A stretch of DNA of 28,583 bases from Candidatus Thorarchaeota archaeon (GCA_048882325.1 JBHLRS010000040.1:1-28583); one strand, 5' to 3'. Positions 17,106 through 27,241 are shown, numbered from the stretch's first letter. Program-made: numbers and translations. The notes: a model not told the origin generated them from the sequence alone.

Positions 17106-18119
17106 CTACTCATAGCTGTAGGGATCGATTTTACGGACGGCATCTCTGACTGCTATGATGTTATCTATGGGTGTATCCACAGTTATGACGCAGCCCGGGG
17201 CAACAATAAGCCGGTCAGGACCACCAGCCTTGATTGCATCCATCACTTGCTCTTGGGCTGTTTCTGCATCTTCAGTCCGAAACACTCCGTTATGATCAAT
17301 CCCCCCAAGAGCTGCTCCTCGAAACAGTTTCTTGCCTTCCTTCAATGAGAGTGCGGAGCTTTGGTCCTCCCAATTGATGCCATCAACTCCATTTGTTTTT
17401 GCTATCTTGTCAAATCGAACCTCTTCGTTCTCCTCACGTGCATGCAGATGGAGTACAATGAATTTTGCCCTTCCTCGGAGCCGTGAGATGAACTTGAGAT
17501 CATAGGGATAGACAAATTCTTTGTACTGCTCATCAGTGACCGAAGACCGCGTGGAGTGTTGGGATGCAAGGAATATCCCATCAGCTCCTGCATCCAATGT
17601 AGCACTTGCAAAATCTACCATGACATCAGTGATTATGTCAAGAGCGCCTTTCAATATCTCAGGATGCTCATCAGCATACTTGGTAAAGTTCTTGTCAGAT
17701 ATCTTGTCCGCGACCATCGCAGGGTCAAACACCGTGGCCATCGTAGGCACAACACCCTGAGCGTACTCCTGAATCAGCTCAACAGCCCGTATCTGTTTAC
17801 CAAGCTCACCTGCGTTCACATCGAGGGGTTCGAGTGTTTCCCAGTCACTCACATCATTGATTGCAGCACTGGTCAGAGTTGTAGACCCTGTTATTGCACC
17901 ATCATAGACTGCGGTGCAACCAAAATCTATGCAAGGAAAATGACCGAAAAACGAAATCTTTAGCAAGTCATGGTCAAGGAGCTTGTGAAACTCGATCTCA
18001 GCTTCTGCGAGCCCTTCGGGGGTTCTGTCTGTTTCTGGATGATGTTTCCAGAAGGATATAGGAATCTGCTCTCCCAAATTACCAAGAAATGCCTCCCTGA
18101 TCAAATCATATTTCGACAT
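17106..18119 (-). CDS. uroporphyrinogen decarboxylase/MtaA-like TIM-barrel family protein
   Basis: LDAGADGIFLA, F..PYDL, VLHLH, INW, LGGID, LIVAPGC motifs. Start placed at ATG 18119. Confidence 0.8.
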   Translation of the reverse strand: MSKYDLIREAFLGNLGEQIPISFWKHHPETDRTPEGLAEAEIEFHKLLDHDLLKISFFGHFPCIDFGCTAVYDGAITGSTTLTSAAINDVSDWETLEPLDVNAGELGKQIRAVELIQEYAQGVVPTMATVFDPAMVADKISDKNFTKYADEHPEILKGALDIITDVMVDFASATLDAGADGIFLASQHSTRSSVTDEQYKEFVYPYDLKFISRLRGRAKFIVLHLHAREENEEVRFDKIAKTNGVDGINWEDQSSALSLKEGKKLFRGAALGGIDHNGVFRTEDAETAQEQVMDAIKAGGPDRLIVAPGCVITVDTPIDNIIAVRDAVRKIDPYSYE

Positions 18120-18247
18120 GGTAGGTCTACCTGTTGTTTTAGGAATAATGAGGCTTTCGAAGGGACCAATAAGGTTCGTAGCCAGCAAACATAAGAGCAG
18201 AATAGGACCAGAAGACCGAGTCCACTTCAGTAATTGGAGGATGTCCT

Positions 18248-19441
18248 GTGTCAGAATTGACAGCCCTGATTGATCCCGAGGCAATTCTAAGCATGGACGG
18301 AATAGACGAATTAGATAGAATGAAGGCAGTACCAAATCCCTTTTGGAATCGGGCACGTCTAGAGGTGACATGGAACCTTCCAGTCATGTCCGGATTACTT
18401 GACAGCCCGCGAATTAAACTTCAACCAATGCGTCGTGCAACGCGCGAGGAGCTGCTCTTGTTTCACGACCAATCGTATATCGAAACGCTGGAACTCTTCG
18501 GTAACATGGGTTCTGCGTTCTCTGCGCGTTTTGGGCTAGATACTGACGAGTGCCCTATTTTTCCTGGTGTTGACCAGTATGCTAGTCATATAGTAGGTGG
18601 GACCATAGACGCAGTGATGGGTGTAGCTGAAGGCAAGTTTGAGGACGCTGTGTCGTTCTTTGGCGGCCTTCATCACGGATTTGAGAGTCAAGCCTCTGGA
18701 TTTTGTTATTACAATGATGTTGTTGTTGCAATAAAGAAGTATCAAAAGAATTTCCCAGGAAAGAAGGTTCTCTATCTTGATACTGACGCCCATCATGGTG
18801 ATGGTGTTCAACAGGCATTCTATCATGATCCTAATGTTCTGACAATATCACTCCATGAGCTTAGTATGGGGTTCTTTCCTGGAACAGGCAGAGTGGAAGA
18901 AGTTGGTATAGGCGACGGGAAAGGGTATTCGGTCAATATTCCTCTACCACCACTCACAGATGATGTTGAGTGGTGGAGGGCCTTTGAAGATGTGGTCGTG
19001 CCAATCTGGTTGGCTTACAAACCAGATTTCGTGTTTTGGGTTGTGGGTGCAGATGGTTACATGAATGACCCACTCACTGACCTGATGTTGACCTATGATA
19101 CTTATCAACGAATCTCAAAGACCGTCCGTCTGTTGGTTCATTTAGGGACCAGAAAATTGGTTTTGACTGGCGCAGGAGGCTACAATCCTGTAGCAGCTGC
19201 GAAAATCTGGACCATTCTTCTGGCAGACATTGCGGATATTGCTCTACCACCGACGATTCCAGCACAATGGATTGAACTGTGTCACAAACATGGGTTCCAA
19301 GTGAAAAGAGGTGGATGGACTAGCAGACCCTTTAGAATGCCTGCGGATCAGTATCCAAAGATTCGGCGTGCTGTGGATGATACCATCGAGAAAGTAAAAG
19401 AACTCATCTTTCCAACTTTTGGTTTGGAAGATCAGATCTAA
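18248..19441 (+). CDS. Zn-dependent histone deacetylase family protein (AcuC-like)
   Basis: GGLHH, SGFCYYND, DTDAHHGDG, FFPGTG, SVNIPL, GADG...DPL, GAGGY motifs. Confidence 0.93.
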   Translation: MSELTALIDPEAILSMDGIDELDRMKAVPNPFWNRARLEVTWNLPVMSGLLDSPRIKLQPMRRATREELLLFHDQSYIETLELFGNMGSAFSARFGLDTDECPIFPGVDQYASHIVGGTIDAVMGVAEGKFEDAVSFFGGLHHGFESQASGFCYYNDVVVAIKKYQKNFPGKKVLYLDTDAHHGDGVQQAFYHDPNVLTISLHELSMGFFPGTGRVEEVGIGDGKGYSVNIPLPPLTDDVEWWRAFEDVVVPIWLAYKPDFVFWVVGADGYMNDPLTDLMLTYDTYQRISKTVRLLVHLGTRKLVLTGAGGYNPVAAAKIWTILLADIADIALPPTIPAQWIELCHKHGFQVKRGGWTSRPFRMPADQYPKIRRAVDDTIEKVKELIFPTFGLEDQI

Positions 19442-20073
19442 GTGCCTTGTAGTTCAGCAAGTACGCAACGATGATCAGTTTCATCGAGAAATATATCCAG
19501 AATTTCAAAGGCTCGAAGCTCAGTCTGTATCTCATCAAGTGTGAAATAATGATGAGGAATACCGCTCTCCCATCCTCTCTGGGGGACATAAGTTCCGGCT
19601 TCGACCTCCACGAGTTTCCAGTCATCATCCTCACTAACAGGTCCCGGACGGAGCACAGGAACTGTGACAAATAGAAGACCATCTGGTTTCAGAACCCTTT
19701 CTATCTCTTTGATTGTCTTTCGTATGTCTTTCACCAGATTGTGGTGAATCACCTGAATTGAAACAACTGCATCAAAGTAATTATCCTCATATGGGAATGC
19801 ATCTTCCATTTGATGTTTACAGATGTTCGCCTCAAGATTCTCTGAAGCAAGCCACTCCTCAGTCATTGAGATTGCTTTTTGGGATGCGTCAAAACCATAC
19901 ACATCAAAGTCAAGCCTTGAAAGATACACCACATGACGACCTGTTCCACATCCGAGATCCAAAATTCTTGAGCCACCTTTGGCTCGAATTAGCTTTACAA
20001 CGCGGTTAATGTGTGGATGAGGATCAATGAACACGCGACCTCTTTCTGCGAATATCTTGTCCCAGTCTGGCAT
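19438..20073 (-). CDS. class I SAM-dependent methyltransferase
   Basis: ILDLGCGTGRH, VYGFDAS, FDAVVS, RVLKPDG motifs. Confidence 0.9.
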   Translation of the reverse strand: MPDWDKIFAERGRVFIDPHPHINRVVKLIRAKGGSRILDLGCGTGRHVVYLSRLDFDVYGFDASQKAISMTEEWLASENLEANICKHQMEDAFPYEDNYFDAVVSIQVIHHNLVKDIRKTIKEIERVLKPDGLLFVTVPVLRPGPVSEDDDWKLVEVEAGTYVPQRGWESGIPHHYFTLDEIQTELRAFEILDIFLDETDHRCVLAELQGT

Positions 20074-20186
20074 CAGTATTAGGTTTCTCCATTTACTACG
20101 TGATATGGATTGTGGCTTGCGTTTCGGTTGAAATAAAAGATAGAAACCAACCCAACATTGTTTACGAGAACAGAGGCGGGTCAGAT

Positions 20187-21911
20187 TTGAACTTCAAGTG
20201 GCGATACCTAGTCCTTGTACTTGGCATTGTAATCATGATATCAGGGACCTTACTGGCTGCAAGTGTGCAGAATGGATTTGGTTCAGTTGTAGTTACTGAA
20301 GTAGACTTTCAGGCCGCAGATGGGTCAAATATTCATAGTACGCTTCAGAGGCCCAACTATGTGACTGATACAGACCCATTACCTGGGGTAGTTGTAATTC
20401 ATGGGTCACAACAGAACAAGGAGTGGGTGATGGCTTTCGGTATCGAACTTGCAAGACGTGGATTCATTGTTCTAACAATTGATGCTAATGGTCATGGAAA
20501 TTCAGGAACCGGAACAGGTAGTGGGACAGCGGCATTGGATTATATTGCATCACTAGATTTCGTGGATGATTCACAAATCGGACTGATTGGACACAGTATG
20601 GGTGGAGGAATCGCATGGAGTGCTTTGAATGAGTCAGGTGTGTATGTACGTGCTTTGATTCTTGTTGGCTCTGGATTTCGAGAGAATATGTCCTACATAC
20701 CAAACACTCTATTGGCTACGGGTAACTTCGATTCTCTATCCAGATATCCTCACAATCCTGCACTATTGGAACCATGGTTCAATGTGACTGGTGTTGTGTC
20801 TGAAACAACATATGGTGACTTTGCTAACAATACAGCGAGAAGAGCTGTGTTTCCATCCACTAATCACCTCTTCGAAACAATTGACCCAGTTATTGTTAGT
20901 GAAAGTGTTGAATGGATGAAAAACAGTCTGAAAGGAGGTATAGAGGATGACCATTGGATATCGAGTTCTAACTTGATTTATCCTATTTGGCTAGTTGGAG
21001 GTTTCTTTGGTTTGATGGGGGCCCTTTTGACGATCTTTCCTCTGGTCGTTATACTACTCAACACATCACTCTTCTCAGATCTAAGAGGAAATCCAACTGA
21101 TGAACCAGCAACCCGGAGGGCATTCTATCTTTATGGAACAATACTAGGATTGATTGGAGTTATCACCTTCTTCCCATTTCTTGCTGTTGGTCTCCTGCTA
21201 GCATTTGTAATCCCCTTCCCAACATTCTATGGGTTAGCAGTTGTAGCATGGATTTTGGGGAGCGGCCTTGTAGCTTTAATGGTTCTTTTCATAATTTTGA
21301 GGGGCCAGAGAAGGTATTCGAATGCTGGGTCATCTCTAACACTACGCGGGTTGCTTGGAACAGGAGACCAAAAGTCAGTACCCTATTTGTTGAAGACCTT
21401 TGTAATGGCAAGCATTGTGATTACTTGGTTGTATTCGCTGACACTAATAGTAGACCTTGGTCTTGTCTTGGACTTGAGATGCTTCCTTCCTGGACTCCAT
21501 GACTTGACATTGGGACAGGCAAGATTGGTACCTCTTTACTTTCTTGTCTTCTTAGTCTACACCCTTGTAGATGGAGCTTGGTTAACTAGCATTATGTTGC
21601 CTGAAGGCTCTGGGTCATGGGCTAAAGTTCAGTTCAAGTGGACTGTGAAGTCAGTATTCATCAAGACAGCTCCCTACCTCATTCTAATTGCATTCGAGTT
21701 CTTAGGAGGGTACCTCGCTGGAGCGCCTCTCGTTCCTCACCTGATTGGTTATTCGTGGCTGTTCTTCTATGCATTCGCACCTTGGTTTGCAATATGCACG
21801 GTCATCACTATGTTTGCGTATCGTGTGACAGGTAACCGGTGGCTCGGTGCACTGATCAACTCCATTCTTTGTGCTTGGGTTCTTGCATCAATATTGGGGC
21901 TGAGCTGGTAA
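20187..21911 (+). CDS. membrane-anchored alpha/beta hydrolase fused to a polytopic membrane domain
   Basis: N-terminal TM, VVVIHG, IDANGHG, GHSMGG nucleophile elbow, candidate Asp (GNFD) and His (TNH), about 8 C-terminal TM helices. Probable TTG start at 20187. Confidence 0.85.
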   Translation: MNFKWRYLVLVLGIVIMISGTLLAASVQNGFGSVVVTEVDFQAADGSNIHSTLQRPNYVTDTDPLPGVVVIHGSQQNKEWVMAFGIELARRGFIVLTIDANGHGNSGTGTGSGTAALDYIASLDFVDDSQIGLIGHSMGGGIAWSALNESGVYVRALILVGSGFRENMSYIPNTLLATGNFDSLSRYPHNPALLEPWFNVTGVVSETTYGDFANNTARRAVFPSTNHLFETIDPVIVSESVEWMKNSLKGGIEDDHWISSSNLIYPIWLVGGFFGLMGALLTIFPLVVILLNTSLFSDLRGNPTDEPATRRAFYLYGTILGLIGVITFFPFLAVGLLLAFVIPFPTFYGLAVVAWILGSGLVALMVLFIILRGQRRYSNAGSSLTLRGLLGTGDQKSVPYLLKTFVMASIVITWLYSLTLIVDLGLVLDLRCFLPGLHDLTLGQARLVPLYFLVFLVYTLVDGAWLTSIMLPEGSGSWAKVQFKWTVKSVFIKTAPYLILIAFEFLGGYLAGAPLVPHLIGYSWLFFYAFAPWFAICTVITMFAYRVTGNRWLGALINSILCAWVLASILGLSW

Positions 21912-22015
21912 CTATTAAAAAGTGAAAACAATGGTGCTATTTTGGACTTAGTCTGTATCAAGAACCCTTTTTTCTCATTATGCGTTTAAAATCAAATCTC
22001 CCAAGTTGGCAGTGA

Positions 22016-24121
22016 GTGAAAATGATTAGACTGATGGGTGTCCTAACAGAGGGTGGTGTGCCTATCAAGTTTAAGAGCTCAATGGAGGCGGAGGGAGAAT
22101 TAATTCTTGGACCATTAATTGAAGCTACAAAGGCATTGAGTGACATTATGGGTAGTGGCGAGGTCCGGAGGCTAGCGTTCAAGGATAACACCCTGATAGT
22201 GACTGAAACAGACAAGGGCTTTACTCTGGTGGCATTGGTTACTAAGGCTGAGGATTACATGGACAGTCTATTGAGAGTCATAGCTGAGAAAATAGACGAG
22301 TCCGCGATTCAGTTTGCTGATGGGTCGGTCAATGATGAGCAGACGAATATCATTGAGCAGATTCTCAGTCCGTATGTCAGGGCTCACCTCGAGGTGTCAT
22401 TACCTGAAACACTCACAACAGTTTGGGACCCGGTTCTTGAAGAGCTCAGGAAGGATACAAGATATTCCAATGCGATCCAGGAGGTTGATGAACTCTTACT
22501 CAGACCAGAGCCCGAGGGAAGATGGAATCAACTTAAGGAAATGGTCAGTGGAACTTTGAAAGATGCATTGATGCATGCAATGAAGGGGGAGTTCGATAGA
22601 GCTTGTGCAATTGCAATGACCCATGATGGGGACCTAGCTGGGATTTTCAGCATAAAGATGGGAGCCTTATCCCACTCAATGACAAAAGCAGTTCCACCGA
22701 CCCTGTCTGAATTGAAAGCAATTGCAGCAACATTATCAAATGACCACCAGTTTGCTAGTTTTGCGAAAACTCTCGTTGGATTCTTAGCGGGTGAAGCCAT
22801 TCCTGCGGACTATTCTCGCATCTTTAGGGAGTCTATGAGTAATTTCGAGTTCATTGATGACGATGAACATCTCATGCTGGGATTCCTTTTCCTAGAAACT
22901 CAAGTAGTCGACTACCCTGAGTTTTCTGATAAACTATTGAAACTCTACAAAGGAAAATCGGAAGTATATTGTTCGTTCATCGAGGCAATACAAGACCGTA
23001 ACAATATCTTTGAGAAATTATACTCAATCACCAGCTATGACGGATTCAAGGATGAACTTGATCTCTACAAAACTCAGATTTCCAGCATTCTTGGAGGTAT
23101 CACATGGGTCACAAATGAGGACCTGATGTACGAGTTAGAAAAAGAGGGGAAGGGAATTGAGATTGGGATTACTGCTTCGCTCAAGTTGCAGAACTATATT
23201 GCAGTACTCACTGCGCTGACTGAATCTCCGGTGTTATCAATTGGAGAACGAAAAGGGTTCCTCGAAGAAGTTTTGATGTTATATCGTGACTATTTCAGAG
23301 AGCTAAAGAGAACAGACATCCCATTGTTTGCGTTTACACTCGATAGTGTCTTTCAGAGTGTTGGAGTCGCTCATGCAGAGTACTACTTTCTGTCCACTGG
23401 TGATGCCAGAAATCATCATGTTCAACAAACTATTGAGTTTCTTGGTGATATCTATGAAACAATGGATGAGGAGTGGCCAAAAGCACGTGTCCGGTTCTCA
23501 CTCTTTGTGGTGACCAACTCAATTTCGCCAATTCTAACAAGGGCAGGACAACTCCCTGAAGCCGAGATTCGTTTGGTCTACGCAGCCATGCAGTTCCTTG
23601 ATGTAGACACAATTGATGCCGCACAGATTACACGACCAACCACTTACGCTACTCACCTAAATAACACAAACACTTCACTCACAGCCCTTGCCTCAAGGCT
23701 ACTCAGAGATGAGATTCGAACGGATGTTCTCAAGACTGGAGTGAGTATTGCGTTAGATGTGCAAGAATGGTTTTTGTCCTATGGCGAGGTTATCAGGGAT
23801 GACGCAATGTCTGCGAGCTATCATGCCTCTCTGATTGCTGACGATCTAGGAGAGGATGATCTGAAGAAGACAGTTGATCGCGTCGTCGACTTGAACCGAG
23901 TTGTGGTTCAGGACGCAGAAAAATTTGATTACGAAGTTGCTATGATGTCCGTACCTCTGATGGATCTGTTGTCAAATGCTTGGAAGCGTCTTGCAGATGA
24001 AAAGTACCTGAAAATGTCAAAAGACACGTTTGACGCGTCAATGGCGGCTTGGAAGAAGTATGGATTCTATGAGAAGGCTGAGAACTTCAAAAAGTCATTT
24101 GGTGGTTCCCTGGAGTCCTAA
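22016..24121 (+). CDS. large protein with N-terminal longin-like domain and helical C-terminal region
   Basis: First ~110 aa follow the longin pattern (IRLMGVLTEGGVPI, helix LILGPLIEATKALSDIMG, three strands, helix); the remainder looks alpha-helical. Start GTG 22016 or ATG 22022. The ORF is secure; the domain call is by eye. Confidence 0.65.
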   Translation: MKMIRLMGVLTEGGVPIKFKSSMEAEGELILGPLIEATKALSDIMGSGEVRRLAFKDNTLIVTETDKGFTLVALVTKAEDYMDSLLRVIAEKIDESAIQFADGSVNDEQTNIIEQILSPYVRAHLEVSLPETLTTVWDPVLEELRKDTRYSNAIQEVDELLLRPEPEGRWNQLKEMVSGTLKDALMHAMKGEFDRACAIAMTHDGDLAGIFSIKMGALSHSMTKAVPPTLSELKAIAATLSNDHQFASFAKTLVGFLAGEAIPADYSRIFRESMSNFEFIDDDEHLMLGFLFLETQVVDYPEFSDKLLKLYKGKSEVYCSFIEAIQDRNNIFEKLYSITSYDGFKDELDLYKTQISSILGGITWVTNEDLMYELEKEGKGIEIGITASLKLQNYIAVLTALTESPVLSIGERKGFLEEVLMLYRDYFRELKRTDIPLFAFTLDSVFQSVGVAHAEYYFLSTGDARNHHVQQTIEFLGDIYETMDEEWPKARVRFSLFVVTNSISPILTRAGQLPEAEIRLVYAAMQFLDVDTIDAAQITRPTTYATHLNNTNTSLTALASRLLRDEIRTDVLKTGVSIALDVQEWFLSYGEVIRDDAMSASYHASLIADDLGEDDLKKTVDRVVDLNRVVVQDAEKFDYEVAMMSVPLMDLLSNAWKRLADEKYLKMSKDTFDASMAAWKKYGFYEKAENFKKSFGGSLES

Positions 24122-24949
24122 CAGACTGATTGTGGCGTCCCATAGTTGGTTCTGAAGCTCTATGTCGTTTGTGATCTGAGTAGTTTCAATAATCTCCTTC
24201 TTCTTGAAACACTTACCAGTAACACCTTCGATGTCGAGTGATGATGCTACATATACTGATGTTTCAGCACCCTCCTTAGGACTGAGCTGGAATGGCTTCA
24301 TCATCCCAAACATTACTCTGGACATCACACTTCCACTACTGCGTCCTAGATTAGTAGCCACAAAACCTGGTAGAACAACGTTGATCGTGACCCCTGTCCC
24401 CTCCAAACGACGAGCCATATCATAGGTGTGCATAATGACCATGAGTTTGGCATTACGATAGGCATTCATTGACTTGTAGGATGTTTCGCAGTGTAAGTCA
24501 TTGAGGTTCAGTTCCCCTGACTTGTACAGACCAGACGAGAGGTTGATTACTCGTGAGGGTGCACTCTCTTTCAGAATTGGAAGCAGTTCATGAGTAAGAA
24601 GAAACGGTGCAAGATAGTTCACGGCGAGTGTTCGCTCACACCCGTCTACAGTCACCTCTCTTTGACTGATTACAGCACCTGCATTGTTAAGAAGAACATC
24701 CAGTCGGCTGTACCTGTTTCTGAATTCTGCAGCAAAGCTCCGTATTTCCTCCATTGAAGCAAGGTCACAGATCATCAGGTCCACAGAGCTATTCCCACTC
24801 TCTTCGATTATCTCTGATTGGGCCTTCTCACCAAGGTCCTTGTTTCGAACCACCATCACCACTTCAGCACCCATTTCAGCAAGAGCTAAGGCGGTTTCCT
24901 TACCAATACCTGAGTTACTACCCGTGACAATACACACCTTACCTTTCAT
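24095..24949 (-). CDS. short-chain dehydrogenase/reductase (retinol dehydrogenase/WWOX-like subgroup)
   Basis: VTGSNSGIG, CDLAS, LLNNAG, VNYLAPFLLT, YRNAK (YxxxK), PGFVAT motifs. Confidence 0.93.
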   Translation of the reverse strand: MKGKVCIVTGSNSGIGKETALALAEMGAEVVMVVRNKDLGEKAQSEIIEESGNSSVDLMICDLASMEEIRSFAAEFRNRYSRLDVLLNNAGAVISQREVTVDGCERTLAVNYLAPFLLTHELLPILKESAPSRVINLSSGLYKSGELNLNDLHCETSYKSMNAYRNAKLMVIMHTYDMARRLEGTGVTINVVLPGFVATNLGRSSGSVMSRVMFGMMKPFQLSPKEGAETSVYVASSLDIEGVTGKCFKKKEIIETTQITNDIELQNQLWDATISLLGLQGTTK

Positions 24950-25011
24950 CTATACTCACACACTTTCAGAAGATAGCTACCTACTTTAAGATGTAGGTAG
25001 AATATTGCATC

Positions 25012-25479
25012 ATGGCGTTAGTTGAAAGAATGGTTGGATACCTGACATGGGCCAATTCATCAATCTGGGGGATTGTGAAGAATCTCAGTGATGAAGAATT
25101 TGAAAGAACACTATCTGAAGGTGCCGGGAGTATTCGGAGAAGATACATCCATCTAGCTGAAGACACATGGGAATGGTTTCATGACTGGCATGGTGAAGAG
25201 CCACGAGAGCCTAGCTTTCAAAGTATGACACGAAACCAGCTCTATCAATTCATTGATGATTACCTGGGTAAATGGGGCAGTCTAATCGAAGAACGGAGTG
25301 TAGACGAGTTCGCGGACGAAAGAAAAGGAAAGAAAGTAGTGATTTCATTCGAGGAGATGATCTTCCATTTGGTGAATCACTTCACGTATCATAGAGGTCA
25401 GATTGTAATGGGTCTCAAGATACTTGGAAAAGATGTTCCTATGACTGATTATGTGCCATATCGATTCTTCACGTTGTAG
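25012..25479 (+). CDS. DinB/YfiT family protein
   Basis: Y..WAN, GSIR...IHL and HLVNHFTYHRGQ metal-binding motifs. Confidence 0.88.
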   Translation: MALVERMVGYLTWANSSIWGIVKNLSDEEFERTLSEGAGSIRRRYIHLAEDTWEWFHDWHGEEPREPSFQSMTRNQLYQFIDDYLGKWGSLIEERSVDEFADERKGKKVVISFEEMIFHLVNHFTYHRGQIVMGLKILGKDVPMTDYVPYRFFTL

Positions 25480-25578
25480 AGTAAGATTTGGTGGTCTAAA
25501 TAAAGAAAAGCCCGATACATACTAACGAGGCCACACTTCATGAGAATTCGTTAATCTGTTTCGAAACTATGGGTTGTC

Positions 25579-26025
25579 TTAGTATGTGATTCCATGCTCC
25601 ACGTAGTACTTCAGCAAGGTGAGCGCTTCGCCCCAGCCAGCAGCGCATTCGAGTAGAGCTGCTCTTCCAGATGGGGTATCGTGATATCCATACTCTCGCA
25701 GCCTTACTACAGTTCCTTCTTCTACTTTTTCAAAGTTGACTTCTATGGTCGTAGCATAGGATGGATCGTCAGCATACCATTGGAACACAAAACGTTCTGG
25801 TCGTTTTGCTTCTAATACTGGACCTCGCGATTCCTGTGTGTACTTGTCTGGTCCCCAATCCTTCCAGCGGAATGTGATACTTCCACCGGGTCTAGCATCT
25901 ACCTCCGAACCAACTGTGAACCATTCATCTAGACCTTTTCCAGTAGTCAGCGCATCATAGACCTTCTCTGGAGGAGCACGAACAAGGGTTGTCTGTTTAA
26001 TCTCAACATCAATCAATTTAGTCAT
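25579..26025 (-). CDS. SRPBCC/AHSA1-like domain protein
   Basis: APPEKVYDALT....L.EWF, DARPGG, PERFVFQW, GT.V.L.E, GW...L..LK motifs. Confidence 0.88.
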   Translation of the reverse strand: MTKLIDVEIKQTTLVRAPPEKVYDALTTGKGLDEWFTVGSEVDARPGGSITFRWKDWGPDKYTQESRGPVLEAKRPERFVFQWYADDPSYATTIEVNFEKVEEGTVVRLREYGYHDTPSGRAALLECAAGWGEALTLLKYYVEHGITY

Positions 26026-26200
26026 AAAGACCCTCCTGTATATTAACTATTGTTACTACCATTTGCTAAAAACCTTGCGCCAATGACACATTATTAGGCT
26101 AATGTAGGGGAATCTTCTAGGAGTCGCGGGCGGAGCAATCAATGTGATTTTTCTAGTGGTCTTTCTCCACAGGAGATAGCCATTTCCTAGAGAGGAAATG

Positions 26201-27133
26201 TCAGTATTCCAGGTCTTCTTTCTCTGGTTCTACCGGTTTTTCTTCCTTTTTCTTTGCACCTTTCCTGGAGATCACGGGCTTCTCCACTTCTTTTGCAGCC
26301 AGTCCTCGTGCAAAGCGTTGAATGAATCCTACCGACCTTCTTTGGGCAGCCTCATTCAGAAATACAACTGGGAGAATGAAAGCCATGACCACTAGTGGAA
26401 TTCCAAGCGTCCAGAGAAAGCTGATAATAAGTAACTCTGGGAATGGTTCAATTCCTTCGATGATGAATGGTTGAATAAAATGTGCACTCACCATTGCAAT
26501 TGGAAAGGCGAACAACGAATAACCGCTAAGCATACTACTATACCAACGACCAACTCCTTCTGTGTCAGGACACTGTCGAACATTCATTTGACCCTCTTTT
26601 AGATAAGTCACAATACCAGCATCGTTCAGTATCCAAGTAGGGATGAACAGTGCAAGAGCTATTGGCATAATGACTAGGGCACCCATTAGGGTAATACTCA
26701 ATCCAATCCAAAATTCAGATCCTGCAGGTGCGGTTGTCAGGCTTTCAGCAAGTAGACCTTCGACAAGACGAATCACTAAAGCGGAAGTACTCAGGCTGAA
26801 GAGTGCTGGTGCGACACTCCTACGAATCATCCTGTAGCCGCTAAACTCAGTTCCAATGTCCATTATGCTGAAGTTGTAGGTGGCAGACTTGATTAGCCGA
26901 CTACCCAAGAGGAAGAGAGAAGCGAGGGGTATTGTAATGATGAAGTACTCTATAGCAATCACAGGTATCGCTATTCCTAGGATTACTATTATGTCTGTGA
27001 AGAGGGACCCTTCAATCCAAGGGAAGAATTCGAATGAAGAAGCAAATGATGTCACTTGGTACATTACCCATAATCCAAAGGCAATGCCTCCAACTGAGAA
27101 TATGAACGGAAATATGAATCGTGCTTTACCCAT
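26201..27133 (-). CDS. hypothetical multi-pass membrane protein
   Basis: 310-aa ORF with about 6 hydrophobic segments and a charged tail; GGAG SD upstream. Confidence 0.75.
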   Translation of the reverse strand: MGKARFIFPFIFSVGGIAFGLWVMYQVTSFASSFEFFPWIEGSLFTDIIVILGIAIPVIAIEYFIITIPLASLFLLGSRLIKSATYNFSIMDIGTEFSGYRMIRRSVAPALFSLSTSALVIRLVEGLLAESLTTAPAGSEFWIGLSITLMGALVIMPIALALFIPTWILNDAGIVTYLKEGQMNVRQCPDTEGVGRWYSSMLSGYSLFAFPIAMVSAHFIQPFIIEGIEPFPELLIISFLWTLGIPLVVMAFILPVVFLNEAAQRRSVGFIQRFARGLAAKEVEKPVISRKGAKKKEEKPVEPEKEDLEY

Positions 27134-27241
27134 GTTAGTTCAATCTCCATGTCAACTATTCCTATAGATATTACATCGAAGTATTAAGACAATCGTATGA
27201 CAAAGAGGTTTAAATCATGCTATGCGTGGTGACGCGGAACG

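Noticed and set aside
18120-18371. N-terminal extension of the UroD-like ORF
   Set aside because: It overlaps the divergent deacetylase gene; ATG 18119 fits the family length.
24095-24121. 27-nt convergent overlap (also 4-nt overlaps at 19438 and 27988)
   Set aside because: Ordinary for compact archaeal genomes.
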